Part shown: positions 46,515 to 56,435 of the stretch, piece by piece | How the letters are laid out: each line of letters begins with the position of its first letter | Position numbering within the stretch: position 1 is the first letter of the stretch | Assembly: GCA_030752605.1 (NCBI GenBank) | Contig: JASMDX010000075.1 | Span: 17,086 to 81,085 of the forward strand | DNA length: 64,000 nucleotides | Direction of reading: 5' to 3' | From: Alphaproteobacteria bacterium | GTDB taxonomy: Bacteria > Pseudomonadota > Alphaproteobacteria > GCA-2731375 | Position numbers and translations under genes: made by a program | Notes under the pieces: generated by a model | Told to the model about the DNA's origin: nothing | Databases searched by the model: none | What the model saw: only the letters and a program-made list of their open reading frames with translations

Positions 46515-48356
46515 ATGCCAAGTTATACCGCGCCGGTTAGAGATCTTAGTTTCGTTCTGAACGAGCTATTGGCGATTACGGATTGTACTGGGATCCCCGG
46601 CTATGGAGATGTGAGTGCCGATTTGATTGATGCGGTCCTGGACGGTGGCGCCAAGATGGCCGAGGAGGTCTGGGCGCCCTTAAACCAGGTTGGCGACGAA
46701 GAAGGCTGCCGTTTCGAAAACGGCGTGGTTCGGGTGCCGAGCGGTTTCAAGGACGCCTTTGATGCCTGGAACGAGGGCGGCTGGAATGCAATTTCCACTT
46801 CGGCCGATTGGGGTGGTCAGGGCCTGCCGGGCGTTATAGGCATGGCGGTCGGTGAAATGGCCATGTCTTCGAACCTGTCTCTGTCCATGTATGTGGGGCT
46901 TACGGGGGGGGCTGCCAGCGTGTTGATGACAGTTGCACCGGATCATCTGAAGCAGCTCTATGTGCCAAAAATGATGTCGGGGGAATGGACCGGCACCATG
47001 AACCTGACCGAGCCCCATTGTGGCACCGATCTGAAGTTGATGCGCACTAAGGCGGTGGAGCAGGATGATGGCACTTATGCCATCACCGGCACCAAGATTT
47101 TCATCACCGGTGGCGACCACGATATGACCGACAACATCGTTCATCTGGTATTGGCCAAGGTGGAAGGCGAGGGCGAAGGCCTCTCGGCGGTCTCGCTGTT
47201 CCTGGTGCCCAAGGTCAGCGTGAACGATGATGGCAGCCTGGGTCAGGGCAACAATGTGGTCTGTGGCAGCATCGAACACAAAATGGGCATCAAGGGTTCG
47301 GCCACCGCCGTCTTGCATTATGAAGGCGCCATTGGCCATCGCCTCGGGCCAAAGCCGGAACCAAGCGTCGAGGGCGACGACGGCAAGAAAAAGAGGCGCA
47401 GCTCCGGCGCCGGTATGGCGGGCATGTTTCAGATGATGAATGGCGCCCGCATTGGCGTCGCCTATCAGGGCGTGGCTCTTTCTGAAGTGGCCTATCAGAA
47501 CGCAGCTGAGTATACCCGGGAACGTCTGGCGGGCCGATCTTTGAGTGGTGCGAAATATCCTGATCAGCCGGCTGATCCCATCGTGGTGCACCCGGATGTC
47601 CGGCGCATGCTGTTGCACATGCGGGCCTTCAACGAAGGCGCCCGCGCTCTCTTGATGTGGCTGACCCACGAGGCCACGGTGGGCCGTTTCGATGGCAATG
47701 ACGAGCGTAAGCAACAGGTTTCCGACCTGTTCAATCTGCTGACGCCGGTGGTCAAGGCGCATTTCACGGATGTCGGCTTTGAATGCACCAATATGGCCAT
47801 GCAGTGTTTCGGCGGGCATGGCTATGTCCATGAGCACGGCATGGAGCAGTTTGTTCGCGACGCCCGTATCTCGCAACTTTATGAAGGCGCCAACGGCGTG
47901 CAGGCTCTGGATCTGGTGGGCCGCCGCATGGGCGTGGACAATGGCCGTCCGACCCGGGCGCTGTTCGCGCTGATTAGCGAATTCATCGCCTCGCAAAAAG
48001 ACGACGAGGATATGGCCGCCTATACCAAACCGTTGGAGGCGGGCCTGAACGATTTGATGGCGGTGGCCATGTGGCTGGCCCAGAACGCCATTCAGAACCA
48101 TGACGAAGCCGGTGCCGCATCCGTCGATTTCCTGCGCATGATGGGCACTGTGGCGGTCGGTTATATGTGGGCCCGGATGGCACGGGTGTCGCTGGATCAA
48201 TTGGCGCAGGGGGGCGATGACGAGGCTTTTTATAAAATGAAGCTGAACACTGCCCGTTACTACATGGGCCGCGTAATGCCCGATACGGCATCCCTGAAGG
48301 CCCGCGCCACGGCGGGCGCGGATGTTCTGATGATGCCTGATGACGAAGCGTTTTAA
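46515..48356 (+). CDS. Long-form acyl-CoA dehydrogenase (about 600 aa, DmdC-like family)
   Basis: GTMNLTEPHCGTDL, IEHKMGIKGSAT, HPDVRRML, FGGHGY, YEGANGVQALDL. Confidence 0.9.
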   Translation: MPSYTAPVRDLSFVLNELLAITDCTGIPGYGDVSADLIDAVLDGGAKMAEEVWAPLNQVGDEEGCRFENGVVRVPSGFKDAFDAWNEGGWNAISTSADWGGQGLPGVIGMAVGEMAMSSNLSLSMYVGLTGGAASVLMTVAPDHLKQLYVPKMMSGEWTGTMNLTEPHCGTDLKLMRTKAVEQDDGTYAITGTKIFITGGDHDMTDNIVHLVLAKVEGEGEGLSAVSLFLVPKVSVNDDGSLGQGNNVVCGSIEHKMGIKGSATAVLHYEGAIGHRLGPKPEPSVEGDDGKKKRRSSGAGMAGMFQMMNGARIGVAYQGVALSEVAYQNAAEYTRERLAGRSLSGAKYPDQPADPIVVHPDVRRMLLHMRAFNEGARALLMWLTHEATVGRFDGNDERKQQVSDLFNLLTPVVKAHFTDVGFECTNMAMQCFGGHGYVHEHGMEQFVRDARISQLYEGANGVQALDLVGRRMGVDNGRPTRALFALISEFIASQKDDEDMAAYTKPLEAGLNDLMAVAMWLAQNAIQNHDEAGAASVDFLRMMGTVAVGYMWARMARVSLDQLAQGGDDEAFYKMKLNTARYYMGRVMPDTASLKARATAGADVLMMPDDEAF

Positions 48357-48382
48357 TCTGGTTTGCAAGTGGTGTGGGAAAA

Positions 48383-49687
48383 ATGGCAAATACCGAGGTT
48401 GAATTCTGCGGCCTGAATTTCAAGAACCCTATGGTGGTCGCATCCATCGAGCCGACCAATAGCCCCGACCTGATCAAGCAATGCTTTGATGCCGGGGCTG
48501 GCGGCGCCATCGTCAAGACGTTGACTGATATCGAGGATATGGCGCAGCTGACGCAGAACTCGAAATACTCCGTGATGAATGCCCAGGGAAATATTATCCA
48601 CGGGAAGCCGGCCAGGGATTTCGTCTTCTACAGCCGTTCCGGCTATGCCTCTACCGCCTACAAAGACTGGATTCCCTATCTCAAGGAATGCCAGGCCTAT
48701 GGCGCCGAGCGCGACGCGCACTTGATCGGCAGCGTCGGAGCCAAGGAAATCAGCGGCTGGCGCGATATCTCCCGCACTATTGAGGATTGTGGCCTGCCCA
48801 TGGTGGAGCTGAATTTCGGCTGTCCCCATCCGGCCATGATGCCCGGTGTTCACGGTGGTTCCATGATCGGCCAGGACCCCGACATGGCGGCGGAAGTCAC
48901 CCGCCAGGTCGCCGAGGTGGTTGATATCCCCATAGTGGTAAAGTTGACCCCGGATCAGGCTGATCCCGTGGCTATCGCCCATGCCGTAAAGGGGGCGGGG
49001 GCCGCGGCGGTCACCGCGACCAACCGTTACACCGGCTTTGCTATAGATATTGATACGGCAACGCCCCAGATCGGCGGCCCGGCGGGCATTGGCGGTACCT
49101 GGACCAAGCCGCTATCGTTGCGTTGGGTGCATCGCATTCATCAGGAAATCGGTATGCCTGTGGCCGGCTCCAACGGTATTTTTGATCATCGCGATGCAAT
49201 CGAATTTATCATGGCCGGTGCTGGCGTGGTGCAAATCGGCTCGGTCCTGATGATCAAGGGCATCAAATGGCTCACCAAGGTGATTGAGGGCATGGAACGC
49301 TTCATGGATGAAAAGGGCTATCACGATGTTCGCGCCATGCACGGCATCGCCTCGGCCCGGGCCGCTGGCGACTACAGCGAACAATTTGCCCGTGGCCGCC
49401 GCTATGCTGCCATTGATCATGGTGCTTGCAAGAACCCAACCTGCACGGTCTGCATCCAGATGTGCTTTTACGAAGCCCTTAGCCAGGCGGACGGCAAGGT
49501 GGATATGCATCCCGAAAGCTGCATTGGTTGCGAGCTCTGTTATGACGTCTGCCCGTTCGGTGCCATAGCCATGGCCGAGACGACCCCGGCCCAGCATGCG
49601 GCGGGTTACTACGATATTCCCGAAGGTATTTTTGAAACCGATAAATTCACGACCCGGCGCAACAATCCCGAGTCCATCGACGGTTAG
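48383..49687 (+). CDS. Dihydropyrimidine dehydrogenase PreA-like FMN protein with 2x[4Fe-4S] domain
   Basis: ELNFGCPH, VKLTP, TN, SNGI, C-terminal CKNPTCTVCIQMC and CIGCELCYDVCP. Confidence 0.8.
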   Translation: MANTEVEFCGLNFKNPMVVASIEPTNSPDLIKQCFDAGAGGAIVKTLTDIEDMAQLTQNSKYSVMNAQGNIIHGKPARDFVFYSRSGYASTAYKDWIPYLKECQAYGAERDAHLIGSVGAKEISGWRDISRTIEDCGLPMVELNFGCPHPAMMPGVHGGSMIGQDPDMAAEVTRQVAEVVDIPIVVKLTPDQADPVAIAHAVKGAGAAAVTATNRYTGFAIDIDTATPQIGGPAGIGGTWTKPLSLRWVHRIHQEIGMPVAGSNGIFDHRDAIEFIMAGAGVVQIGSVLMIKGIKWLTKVIEGMERFMDEKGYHDVRAMHGIASARAAGDYSEQFARGRRYAAIDHGACKNPTCTVCIQMCFYEALSQADGKVDMHPESCIGCELCYDVCPFGAIAMAETTPAQHAAGYYDIPEGIFETDKFTTRRNNPESIDG

Positions 49688-50442
49688 CGAAAGTCGAAGC
49701 CCTGTTGCTTAAGTTGCTCGCGCAGGCCTTCGCGCAGCTGCGGCGAAAACTTGGAATCCATGTCATGGGTCCAGGAATCCGGCGTCGTCGGTACGCCGAT
49801 ATTCTTGTAATGCGCTTCCAGGGCGGCATCATAATCATCCAGGCTGGTACCTGTGTCCCGGTTGTCGCGTAGGGCGCCGAAGCGTTCGTAATGAACCATG
49901 GTGGAATAATCCATGCGCGGCTTTTGCGGCGGCACCTCATCGGGAAAGCCTAGGCACATGCCGAACACACAATAGACCTGGCTGGGTAGGCCCAGAATTC
50001 GCGCCGTAGCCACGGCATCGTTGCGCAGGGCACCGATCATGACGCCTTTCAGGCCAACGGACCCGGCGGCCAGATAGGTCGACATCCCCACCAGCGCCGC
50101 ATCGATTGATGCTACTAGGCCGACCTCCAGATTATTGTCCACAAGAGTGTGCCCATTCTTGGCCAAGGCATATTCGAGGCGGGTCAGATCGGCGCAAAAT
50201 GCCAGGAAGACCGGAGCCTTTTCCACATGCGGTTGACCGCCCGCGACCGCCGCCAATTGCTTCCGGAGAACCGGGTCCTGTACTATGATGACGCTATAGG
50301 TCTGGATATTGGACGAGGTCGGCGCCCGGAAGGCAGCCTTCAGAACTTGGTCGATCAGTTCCTCGGGCACAGGGGTATTCTTATAGCTTCGCACGCTGAC
50401 ACGGTTGTTTAATAGCGCAATAGTCTTGCTAGCATCATTCAC
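49684..50442 (-). CDS. NfsA/Frp-type nitroreductase / flavin reductase
   Basis: RVSVRSY, APTSSNIQ.YS, FCADL.R, IDAAL, IGALRN, KPR. Confidence 0.88.
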   Translation of the reverse strand: MNDASKTIALLNNRVSVRSYKNTPVPEELIDQVLKAAFRAPTSSNIQTYSVIIVQDPVLRKQLAAVAGGQPHVEKAPVFLAFCADLTRLEYALAKNGHTLVDNNLEVGLVASIDAALVGMSTYLAAGSVGLKGVMIGALRNDAVATARILGLPSQVYCVFGMCLGFPDEVPPQKPRMDYSTMVHYERFGALRDNRDTGTSLDDYDAALEAHYKNIGVPTTPDSWTHDMDSKFSPQLREGLREQLKQQGFDFR

Positions 50443-50475
50443 AGGTACATTCTTTCGTCTGATTTCAAAGTGGAT

Positions 50476-51777
50476 TTAAAGTGACTTAACCGCTGCCGCA
50501 AAGGCTTTCAAGGTCTGCGCCACATCGGCCTCGTCATGGGCCAGGGAAACATAGAATTTTTTATCCCCCTTTAGAACGCCATGGGCGAGCAGGCTTTCAT
50601 TGAAGCGTTGGTAGCGTTCAACGTCATTGCCTTGCGTGCCACGGTAGTCCTTGACTTCGCGGTCGGTGAAAACGACGTCGAACAACGGTGGCTCACCAAG
50701 AACCACGGCCGGAATGCCGGCCCCTTGCAACAATTCGTCCAGGCCCTGCATCAATTTCTTGCCGGTGGCAAAGATCGTCTCGTAGGTGCCGGGGCGCCTC
50801 AGGATTTCCAGCGTAGCCAGACCTGCCACCGCCGCCACGGGGTTGCCGCTCAAAGTGCCGAGCTGCGGCATGAAGCTTTTGTCCGCCACGGCATCTTTGT
50901 CGAAATGTGTCATGATATCTGCCCGGCCCGCTATGGCCGCCAGGGGGAGGCCGCCGCCGATAACCTTGCCCAGGGCGCACAGGTCCGGGGTGACTCCATA
51001 ATAGGCCTGGGCCCCGCCATAGGCGAAACGGAAACCGGTCACCACCTCGTCAAAGATCAGGGGGATGCTGTATTCGGTCGCGAGCCGGCGCAAGGTTTCA
51101 AGGAAGCCCGGCGCGGGCGGCAGGAAACGTTGGAAGGGTTCGACAATGATGCCGCCCAGGTCGTTGTGATGCGCCTTGATCAGGCTGGCTGCCGCCTTGG
51201 CATCGTTGTAGGGCGCGATTAGCATCTCATCGCGGATGCGTTGCGGGATGCCGGCTGAATCGGGTGCGGCCTGGGGAAAGTTGCCTGGCTGTTTTGGCGC
51301 CATGGACATCAGGGCATAATCGCTCATGCCGTGAAAGCCGCCCTCAAACTTCAGAATCTTGTCGCGCCTGCTGTGGGCCCGGGCCAGACGCATAGCGTAG
51401 AGATTCGCCTCCCCCCCAGAGGAAACATAGCGGACCTTGTCGGCGCAGGCGACCGCATCGACGATCTCGGCCGCCAGACGGATGCCGGCTTCGTTATTGG
51501 CAAAGAAGGTCGTGCCCCGCGGCAGCTGTTCCTGTATTGCCGCCAAAACTTCCTCATTACCATGGCCGATCAGCATGGGGCCGGAGCCGAGCAGATAATC
51601 CACATATTCGTTGCCCGAGACATCCCAGACCCGGCCGCCACGGCCTGCCTTGATGACAATGTCAAAGGACAGATTGCCGAAGCCGCCCGCCGGCAAAACC
51701 TTAGCCGCCAACTCCACCAGGGCCAGTTCGTCGTCGCTGCGTTTCAGATCGTTCATGACTGTTTCCAATGGGGTCAT
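50476..51777 (-). CDS. Class III aminotransferase, GSA-aminomutase-like
   Basis: WDVSGNEYVDY, SSGGEA, KFEGGFHG, FDEVVTGFR, GKVIGGGLP, GTLSGNP. Confidence 0.87.
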   Translation of the reverse strand: MTPLETVMNDLKRSDDELALVELAAKVLPAGGFGNLSFDIVIKAGRGGRVWDVSGNEYVDYLLGSGPMLIGHGNEEVLAAIQEQLPRGTTFFANNEAGIRLAAEIVDAVACADKVRYVSSGGEANLYAMRLARAHSRRDKILKFEGGFHGMSDYALMSMAPKQPGNFPQAAPDSAGIPQRIRDEMLIAPYNDAKAAASLIKAHHNDLGGIIVEPFQRFLPPAPGFLETLRRLATEYSIPLIFDEVVTGFRFAYGGAQAYYGVTPDLCALGKVIGGGLPLAAIAGRADIMTHFDKDAVADKSFMPQLGTLSGNPVAAVAGLATLEILRRPGTYETIFATGKKLMQGLDELLQGAGIPAVVLGEPPLFDVVFTDREVKDYRGTQGNDVERYQRFNESLLAHGVLKGDKKFYVSLAHDEADVAQTLKAFAAAVKSL

Positions 51778-53030
51778 CTGATCAAATTTCTGGGCACGTC
51801 CCGGAACGGCCGGTCAGTATCGTTGCGCGGCTCCTTGGGCATGCCCAGGACTCGTTCGGATATGATGTTGCGCTGAATCTCGTCAGTACCGCCGGCAATC
51901 GATATGGCCGGCGTGGAAACCAGGATCTCGGCGATAACACCGTCCATGGAACTATCACTGCCGGTCAGCATGGCATCGGCGCCACTGATCATGGTGTGCA
52001 CATGGTTGCCCAGGCGCGCCACATGGCTGGCCGCCAGTTTGCCGATGGAGCCTTCCGGGCCCTGGTTGCGCCCTAACACCGCCGCCGCCCGGGCCCGCCG
52101 CGCCGTCCATTCGGCGGATTTGGCCAAGGTCAGCAGCTTGGCGATCTCCTGACGCACCACCGGGTCGTCGTACTTGCCGGTCTCTTTCGCCCGTTCGATG
52201 ACCAGATCGACGCGGCCCATGCGCTGGGGATACCATTTGTAGGGCGCCATGGCGTGGGCGATTTCCTCCCGCTCCTCCACATAGGCGCGCTCGGGGCGGT
52301 TCGTGCCCATGGCCCAGCGGCGCAGGCCGTCGGCGCCCCGGCGTTCATGCATCAGGGTCGTGGTGGCGATCTTCCAACCATCGCCCAGGCCCTCGACCTG
52401 GTATTCCGGATCGATCACGGCATCGGTGAAAAACACCTGATTGAACGAGGCATGGCCGTTCATTTGCCTGAGCGGTTGCACATCAACCGCGTCCTGGGTC
52501 ATGTCCAGGACGAAATAACTCAGGCCCTTGTGCTTGGGTAGGTCCCAATCGGTGCGTGCCAGCAGCAGGCCCCATTGGGCATGATGGGCCGAGGTGGTCC
52601 AGACTTTTTGCCCGTTGATGATCCACTTGCCATCCTTCAGATCAGCCCGTGTTACCGCACCCGCTAAGTCCGAGCCGCTGCCCGGTTCCGAGAATAATTG
52701 GCACCAGGTATCCTCGCCCGTCAGAATACGACGGAGGAATTTTTCCTTATGCATCTGGCTGCCGTGTTCCAACAGGGTGGCGGCGGCTAGCATGCGGATG
52801 CCGGCGCGGGCCACGCCGATGGCGCCAATTTTCTGGAATTCTTCCTCGATGGCAGAGACCATGCCGTCGGGTAGGCCCCGGCCATACCATTCTTTTGGCC
52901 AGGCCGGCATGCCCCAGCCGGAATCCGCCAACTTGTTACGCCATTCCACCAGGCTGAGGTTCGGATCCCAGTTGACTTCCAGCCAGGCGTGGATTTCCTC
53001 AAGAACTTCTGTTTCGTTAATTTCACTCAT
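51774..53030 (-). CDS. Acyl-CoA dehydrogenase (probable catalytic subunit of heteromeric pair)
   Basis: WCQLFSEPGSGSDLA, INGQKVWT, FNQVFF, IAGGTDEIQRNII.ERVLGMP. Confidence 0.88.
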   Translation of the reverse strand: MSEINETEVLEEIHAWLEVNWDPNLSLVEWRNKLADSGWGMPAWPKEWYGRGLPDGMVSAIEEEFQKIGAIGVARAGIRMLAAATLLEHGSQMHKEKFLRRILTGEDTWCQLFSEPGSGSDLAGAVTRADLKDGKWIINGQKVWTTSAHHAQWGLLLARTDWDLPKHKGLSYFVLDMTQDAVDVQPLRQMNGHASFNQVFFTDAVIDPEYQVEGLGDGWKIATTTLMHERRGADGLRRWAMGTNRPERAYVEEREEIAHAMAPYKWYPQRMGRVDLVIERAKETGKYDDPVVRQEIAKLLTLAKSAEWTARRARAAAVLGRNQGPEGSIGKLAASHVARLGNHVHTMISGADAMLTGSDSSMDGVIAEILVSTPAISIAGGTDEIQRNIISERVLGMPKEPRNDTDRPFRDVPRNLIR

Positions 53031-53040
53031 AATACTGTCC

Positions 53041-54180
53041 TCAACCTTGCCAGCGCTGCAACATCAGTTCCCGGTGATAGCTGGGTTCACCCAGAAACAC
53101 CTCGGAACTTTTCGCGCGTTTGAACCATAAATGGGTATCGTTATCCCAGGTAAAGCCGATGCCGCCATGGATCTGGATGGTGTGGATGGCGGTCTGCATA
53201 TAGGCCTCCGCCGCACCGGCCTTGGCCAGTGACGCCATGGCACCGAGCTCTTCCCCGCCATCATGATCGCCATCGGCAGCGGCGGCGGCGTAATAGGCGG
53301 CGGATTTCGCCAGTTCCACGTCGATCAGCATATCGGCCGATTTGTGCTTCATGGTCTGGAACGAAGCTATGGTGCGGCCAAACTGCATGCGCAGCTGAGC
53401 ATAATCCAGGGCCTGTTCCCGCAAGGCCTCGGCCCCGCCGACCATTTCGTTGGCCAGACAGGTCACCGCCTGATCCAGGGTCTTCGTCAGGAGCGCGGCG
53501 GCGGCACCTTCGCTACCCAATAGCTGCGCAGAGACGCCGTTGAATTCCAGGCGCGCCAGTTTGCGCGTGTCATCGACGCCTTGCAGGCGCTTCCGGCTCA
53601 GACCGTCCGCGTCCCCCGCCACGGTGAAGAATGACAGGCCATTGTCGCCGGCTGTGCCTGGTGCCCGCGCCAAAACCACGATCAGTTCCGCCGTGTGGCC
53701 ATCCAGGACGAAGCTCTTGACGCCGTCCAGTTGATAACCGTCTTCCACGGCCTTGGCCGTCATTGCCATGCCAGCGCTGTCCCAGCGGCCATTTTCCTCA
53801 GTGAAAGCCAAGGCCGCCCGGTTTTTTCCAGCGGAAATGGGCGGTAGCAGGGCACGCTTTTGCTCTTCGTCACCGGCATTCAGAATAGCCGTGGCCGCCA
53901 TCACGACGGTGGAGAAATAGGGCGCACAGAGCAGGCTCCGGCCCATTTCCTCCAGCACGATGGCCAGTTCAACAAAGCCAAAGCCCTGGCCGCCGTATTC
54001 CTCGGGAATATGAATGGCGGTCACGCCCAGATCCTGGCTCAACTGACGCCAGACGTCCGGATCATAGCCGTCCTCGGTCTCCATCAGGCGGCGCACTTCT
54101 GTGGTCGGTGATTTTTCCGCCAGAAAACGCCTCAGGATCGAACGAAATTCGGTTTGTTCATCGGTGAAACTAAAACTCAT
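53041..54180 (-). CDS. Acyl-CoA dehydrogenase (probable partner subunit of heteromeric pair)
   Basis: PEEYGGQG, EEMGR, R.QFGR.IASFQ..KH, QIHGGIGFTWD; lacks the EPxxGSD motif. Confidence 0.88.
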   Translation of the reverse strand: MSFSFTDEQTEFRSILRRFLAEKSPTTEVRRLMETEDGYDPDVWRQLSQDLGVTAIHIPEEYGGQGFGFVELAIVLEEMGRSLLCAPYFSTVVMAATAILNAGDEEQKRALLPPISAGKNRAALAFTEENGRWDSAGMAMTAKAVEDGYQLDGVKSFVLDGHTAELIVVLARAPGTAGDNGLSFFTVAGDADGLSRKRLQGVDDTRKLARLEFNGVSAQLLGSEGAAAALLTKTLDQAVTCLANEMVGGAEALREQALDYAQLRMQFGRTIASFQTMKHKSADMLIDVELAKSAAYYAAAAADGDHDGGEELGAMASLAKAGAAEAYMQTAIHTIQIHGGIGFTWDNDTHLWFKRAKSSEVFLGEPSYHRELMLQRWQG

Positions 54181-54244
54181 GGCACGTGCCTCCCTAAGCC
54201 TACTGTAAACCGAAGTGGCTAAAGGGTGAAGGCTCTGATCTCGG

Positions 54245-55072
54245 CTATTTCGCCGCGCGCGTGAGGCGCTCGCCACGCCAACGCAACAGTTCCACCACGG
54301 CCATCAGGCTCACCGACACCACGATCAGCAGTGTCGCGATGGCCACGATCGAGGGATCAAGATTGTCGCGCAGACCGGAGAACAGTTGCCGGGGCAAGGT
54401 AAACTGCGCCGGCGAGGCAATGAAAAGCGCCACGACGATCTCATCGAACGAGGTGACAAAGGCAAAGACGGCACCGGATATCACGCCAGGCGTGATCATG
54501 GGCAGGGTGACGGTGAAAAAGGCAATGATTGGACGGGCGCCTAGGCTTTGCGCCGCGCGCACCATGTTGCGGTCAAAGCCCTGCAAGGTCGCCGTCACGG
54601 TGATGACCACGAAGGGCACCGCCAGAACCGTATGGGCCAGGATCATGCCTGTAAAAGTGCCGGCCAGGCCGACGCGGGCAAAGACGAAATAGGCCGCCAG
54701 CGCCGTGATCACCAAGGGCACCATCATGGGGGAGAGCAGCAGCGCCATCAGCAACGGCTTTAGACGGAATTCAACGCTGGTCAGGCCATAGGCCGCCAGC
54801 GTGCCCAAGATCGTCGCCAGCACCGTGGTGGCCGAAGCGATGATGATGCTGTTCTCAAGTGACAGCATCCAAGGGTACGGCGTGAAGATAACCTCGAACC
54901 ATTGCCATGACAGTCCGGGCAACGGGTAGTTCAGTATCGAGGATGAACTGACCGATATGGGAATGATGACGATGATCGGCGCCACCAGAAAGACGAATAC
55001 AAGAATGCAGATAATGCGGAAAGCCCAATGCCAAAGCCGCTGGGATGGGGTCGCATATCGCGGCAGTGCCAT
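54245..55072 (-). CDS. ABC transporter permease, PotC-like
   Basis: AAQSLGA EAA loop, FVTSFDE, TLP. Confidence 0.9.
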   Translation of the reverse strand: MALPRYATPSQRLWHWAFRIICILVFVFLVAPIIVIIPISVSSSSILNYPLPGLSWQWFEVIFTPYPWMLSLENSIIIASATTVLATILGTLAAYGLTSVEFRLKPLLMALLLSPMMVPLVITALAAYFVFARVGLAGTFTGMILAHTVLAVPFVVITVTATLQGFDRNMVRAAQSLGARPIIAFFTVTLPMITPGVISGAVFAFVTSFDEIVVALFIASPAQFTLPRQLFSGLRDNLDPSIVAIATLLIVVSVSLMAVVELLRWRGERLTRAAK

Positions 55073-55081
55073 TTTCGGCCC

Positions 55082-56338
55082 CTAACCCAGTTTCATGCCG
55101 CCGGCACCGGCGAAGCGCTGGTACAGCGGATACAACACGGCGATACAGATCAGCAACAACATGGCGAGGGCGCCGGCCAAGCCCCAATTGGCTGTATTGG
55201 TGGCGAATTCGGCGATCAGATAGGCCAGCATCTGGTCCGAGCCGCCCCCGATCAGCATGGGCGTGATATAGAAACCCAGCGCGATGACATAGACCAGCAG
55301 ACAGCCCGCCGCCAGGCCTGGTACGGTCTGCGGAAAATAGACCCCAAGAAAAGCCGATCGCGGTGTCGCGCCCAACGAGGCGGCGGCGCGCACATGATCG
55401 CCGGGGATGCCTTTCATCACGCTATAGAGCGGCAGAATCATGAAGGGCAGCAGAATATGCACCATCGAAATATAGACGCCGGTGCGGTTGAAAATCAGTG
55501 CCAGGGGTTCGTCCACCAGGCCCAGCCCGATCAATGCATCGTTAACGATGCCCGACTTCTGCAACACGATCACCCAGGCGGCCGTGCGCACCAAAAGCGA
55601 GGTCCAGAACGGTAACAGCACCAACAGGATCAGGATCTTGGCCAGCCGTGGTGGTGCCGTGGCGATCATATAGGCCACGGGATAACCCAGCATGATGCAG
55701 GCCAGCGTGACAACCAGGGCTATCCACAAGGTACGCCGCAGGTTGGAGAGATAGATTTGCTGCTCCGGCGCCGCGCGCTCGATACTGCCATCCCACTGCA
55801 GGTCCAGGTCCAATGCCTGCAACAGGTAGTGCAGGGTGAAGCGGCTGTCGTTGGCCTTCAAGGTGCGCCAGTAAATCAGTTCGGACCAGCGTTTGTCCCG
55901 GGCGATGATGGCTTCCTTGAACGGCGCCCGCATGCGTTTTGCCTTGCGGCCCGTGCGCATCAACAGGCTGCGGAAGCCGCTGACTTCGTAATTCAGGCGC
56001 AGCGACACCTTGGGCAGGGTGGTGTCGGCATAGCCGCGCTTCAGATCCTCGGCCAGGGCCGCGAAGGTGGCCTCGTCGGGTATGCTTTGTGCATCCCAAT
56101 CCCGCAGGGCCGCCGTAACCCTGGGCAGCATGGTCACCACCTCCGGGTTGGAGATGGAGAAATACAGCACCGAGCCGATCGGGATCAGAAAGAAAGCCAG
56201 CAAAAAAAGAAACAGCGGCGCAATCAGGCCATAGGCACGAAACTTGCGCCGCCGCTCCGCCCGCCGCAAATTCGCTTTCAAAATGCTCCGGTCGGAAACC
56301 GCTCCCGTTGGCCCGGGATTAATAGCCTGCTCACTCAT
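55082..56338 (-). CDS. ABC transporter permease, PotB-like (long N-terminal loop)
   Basis: LLPFWTSLLVR, LLPFMILPLY, AAASLGA, GFYITP. Confidence 0.9.
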   Translation of the reverse strand: MSEQAINPGPTGAVSDRSILKANLRRAERRRKFRAYGLIAPLFLFLLAFFLIPIGSVLYFSISNPEVVTMLPRVTAALRDWDAQSIPDEATFAALAEDLKRGYADTTLPKVSLRLNYEVSGFRSLLMRTGRKAKRMRAPFKEAIIARDKRWSELIYWRTLKANDSRFTLHYLLQALDLDLQWDGSIERAAPEQQIYLSNLRRTLWIALVVTLACIMLGYPVAYMIATAPPRLAKILILLVLLPFWTSLLVRTAAWVIVLQKSGIVNDALIGLGLVDEPLALIFNRTGVYISMVHILLPFMILPLYSVMKGIPGDHVRAAASLGATPRSAFLGVYFPQTVPGLAAGCLLVYVIALGFYITPMLIGGGSDQMLAYLIAEFATNTANWGLAGALAMLLLICIAVLYPLYQRFAGAGGMKLG

Positions 56339-56435
56339 GTGGCTTGCTCGTTTATTGAAAACCCTGATTGGCGGGAGCACCTAGATCGGCGCCCCCGCAA
56401 CCATGATTCCATGCCCTGCCGGGTTCGGGCCGGGC

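Noticed and set aside
46680-48389. Long antisense ORFs (569 aa here; also 1707-2717, 34836-35867, 56403-57569, 58484-59839)
   Set aside because: Shadow frames of well-supported genes in high-GC DNA, with no recognisable motifs.
50476-51777. hemL assignment
   Set aside because: It lacks the GGVNSPVR N-terminal motif and lies in a catabolic operon; alphaproteobacteria typically use ALA synthase.
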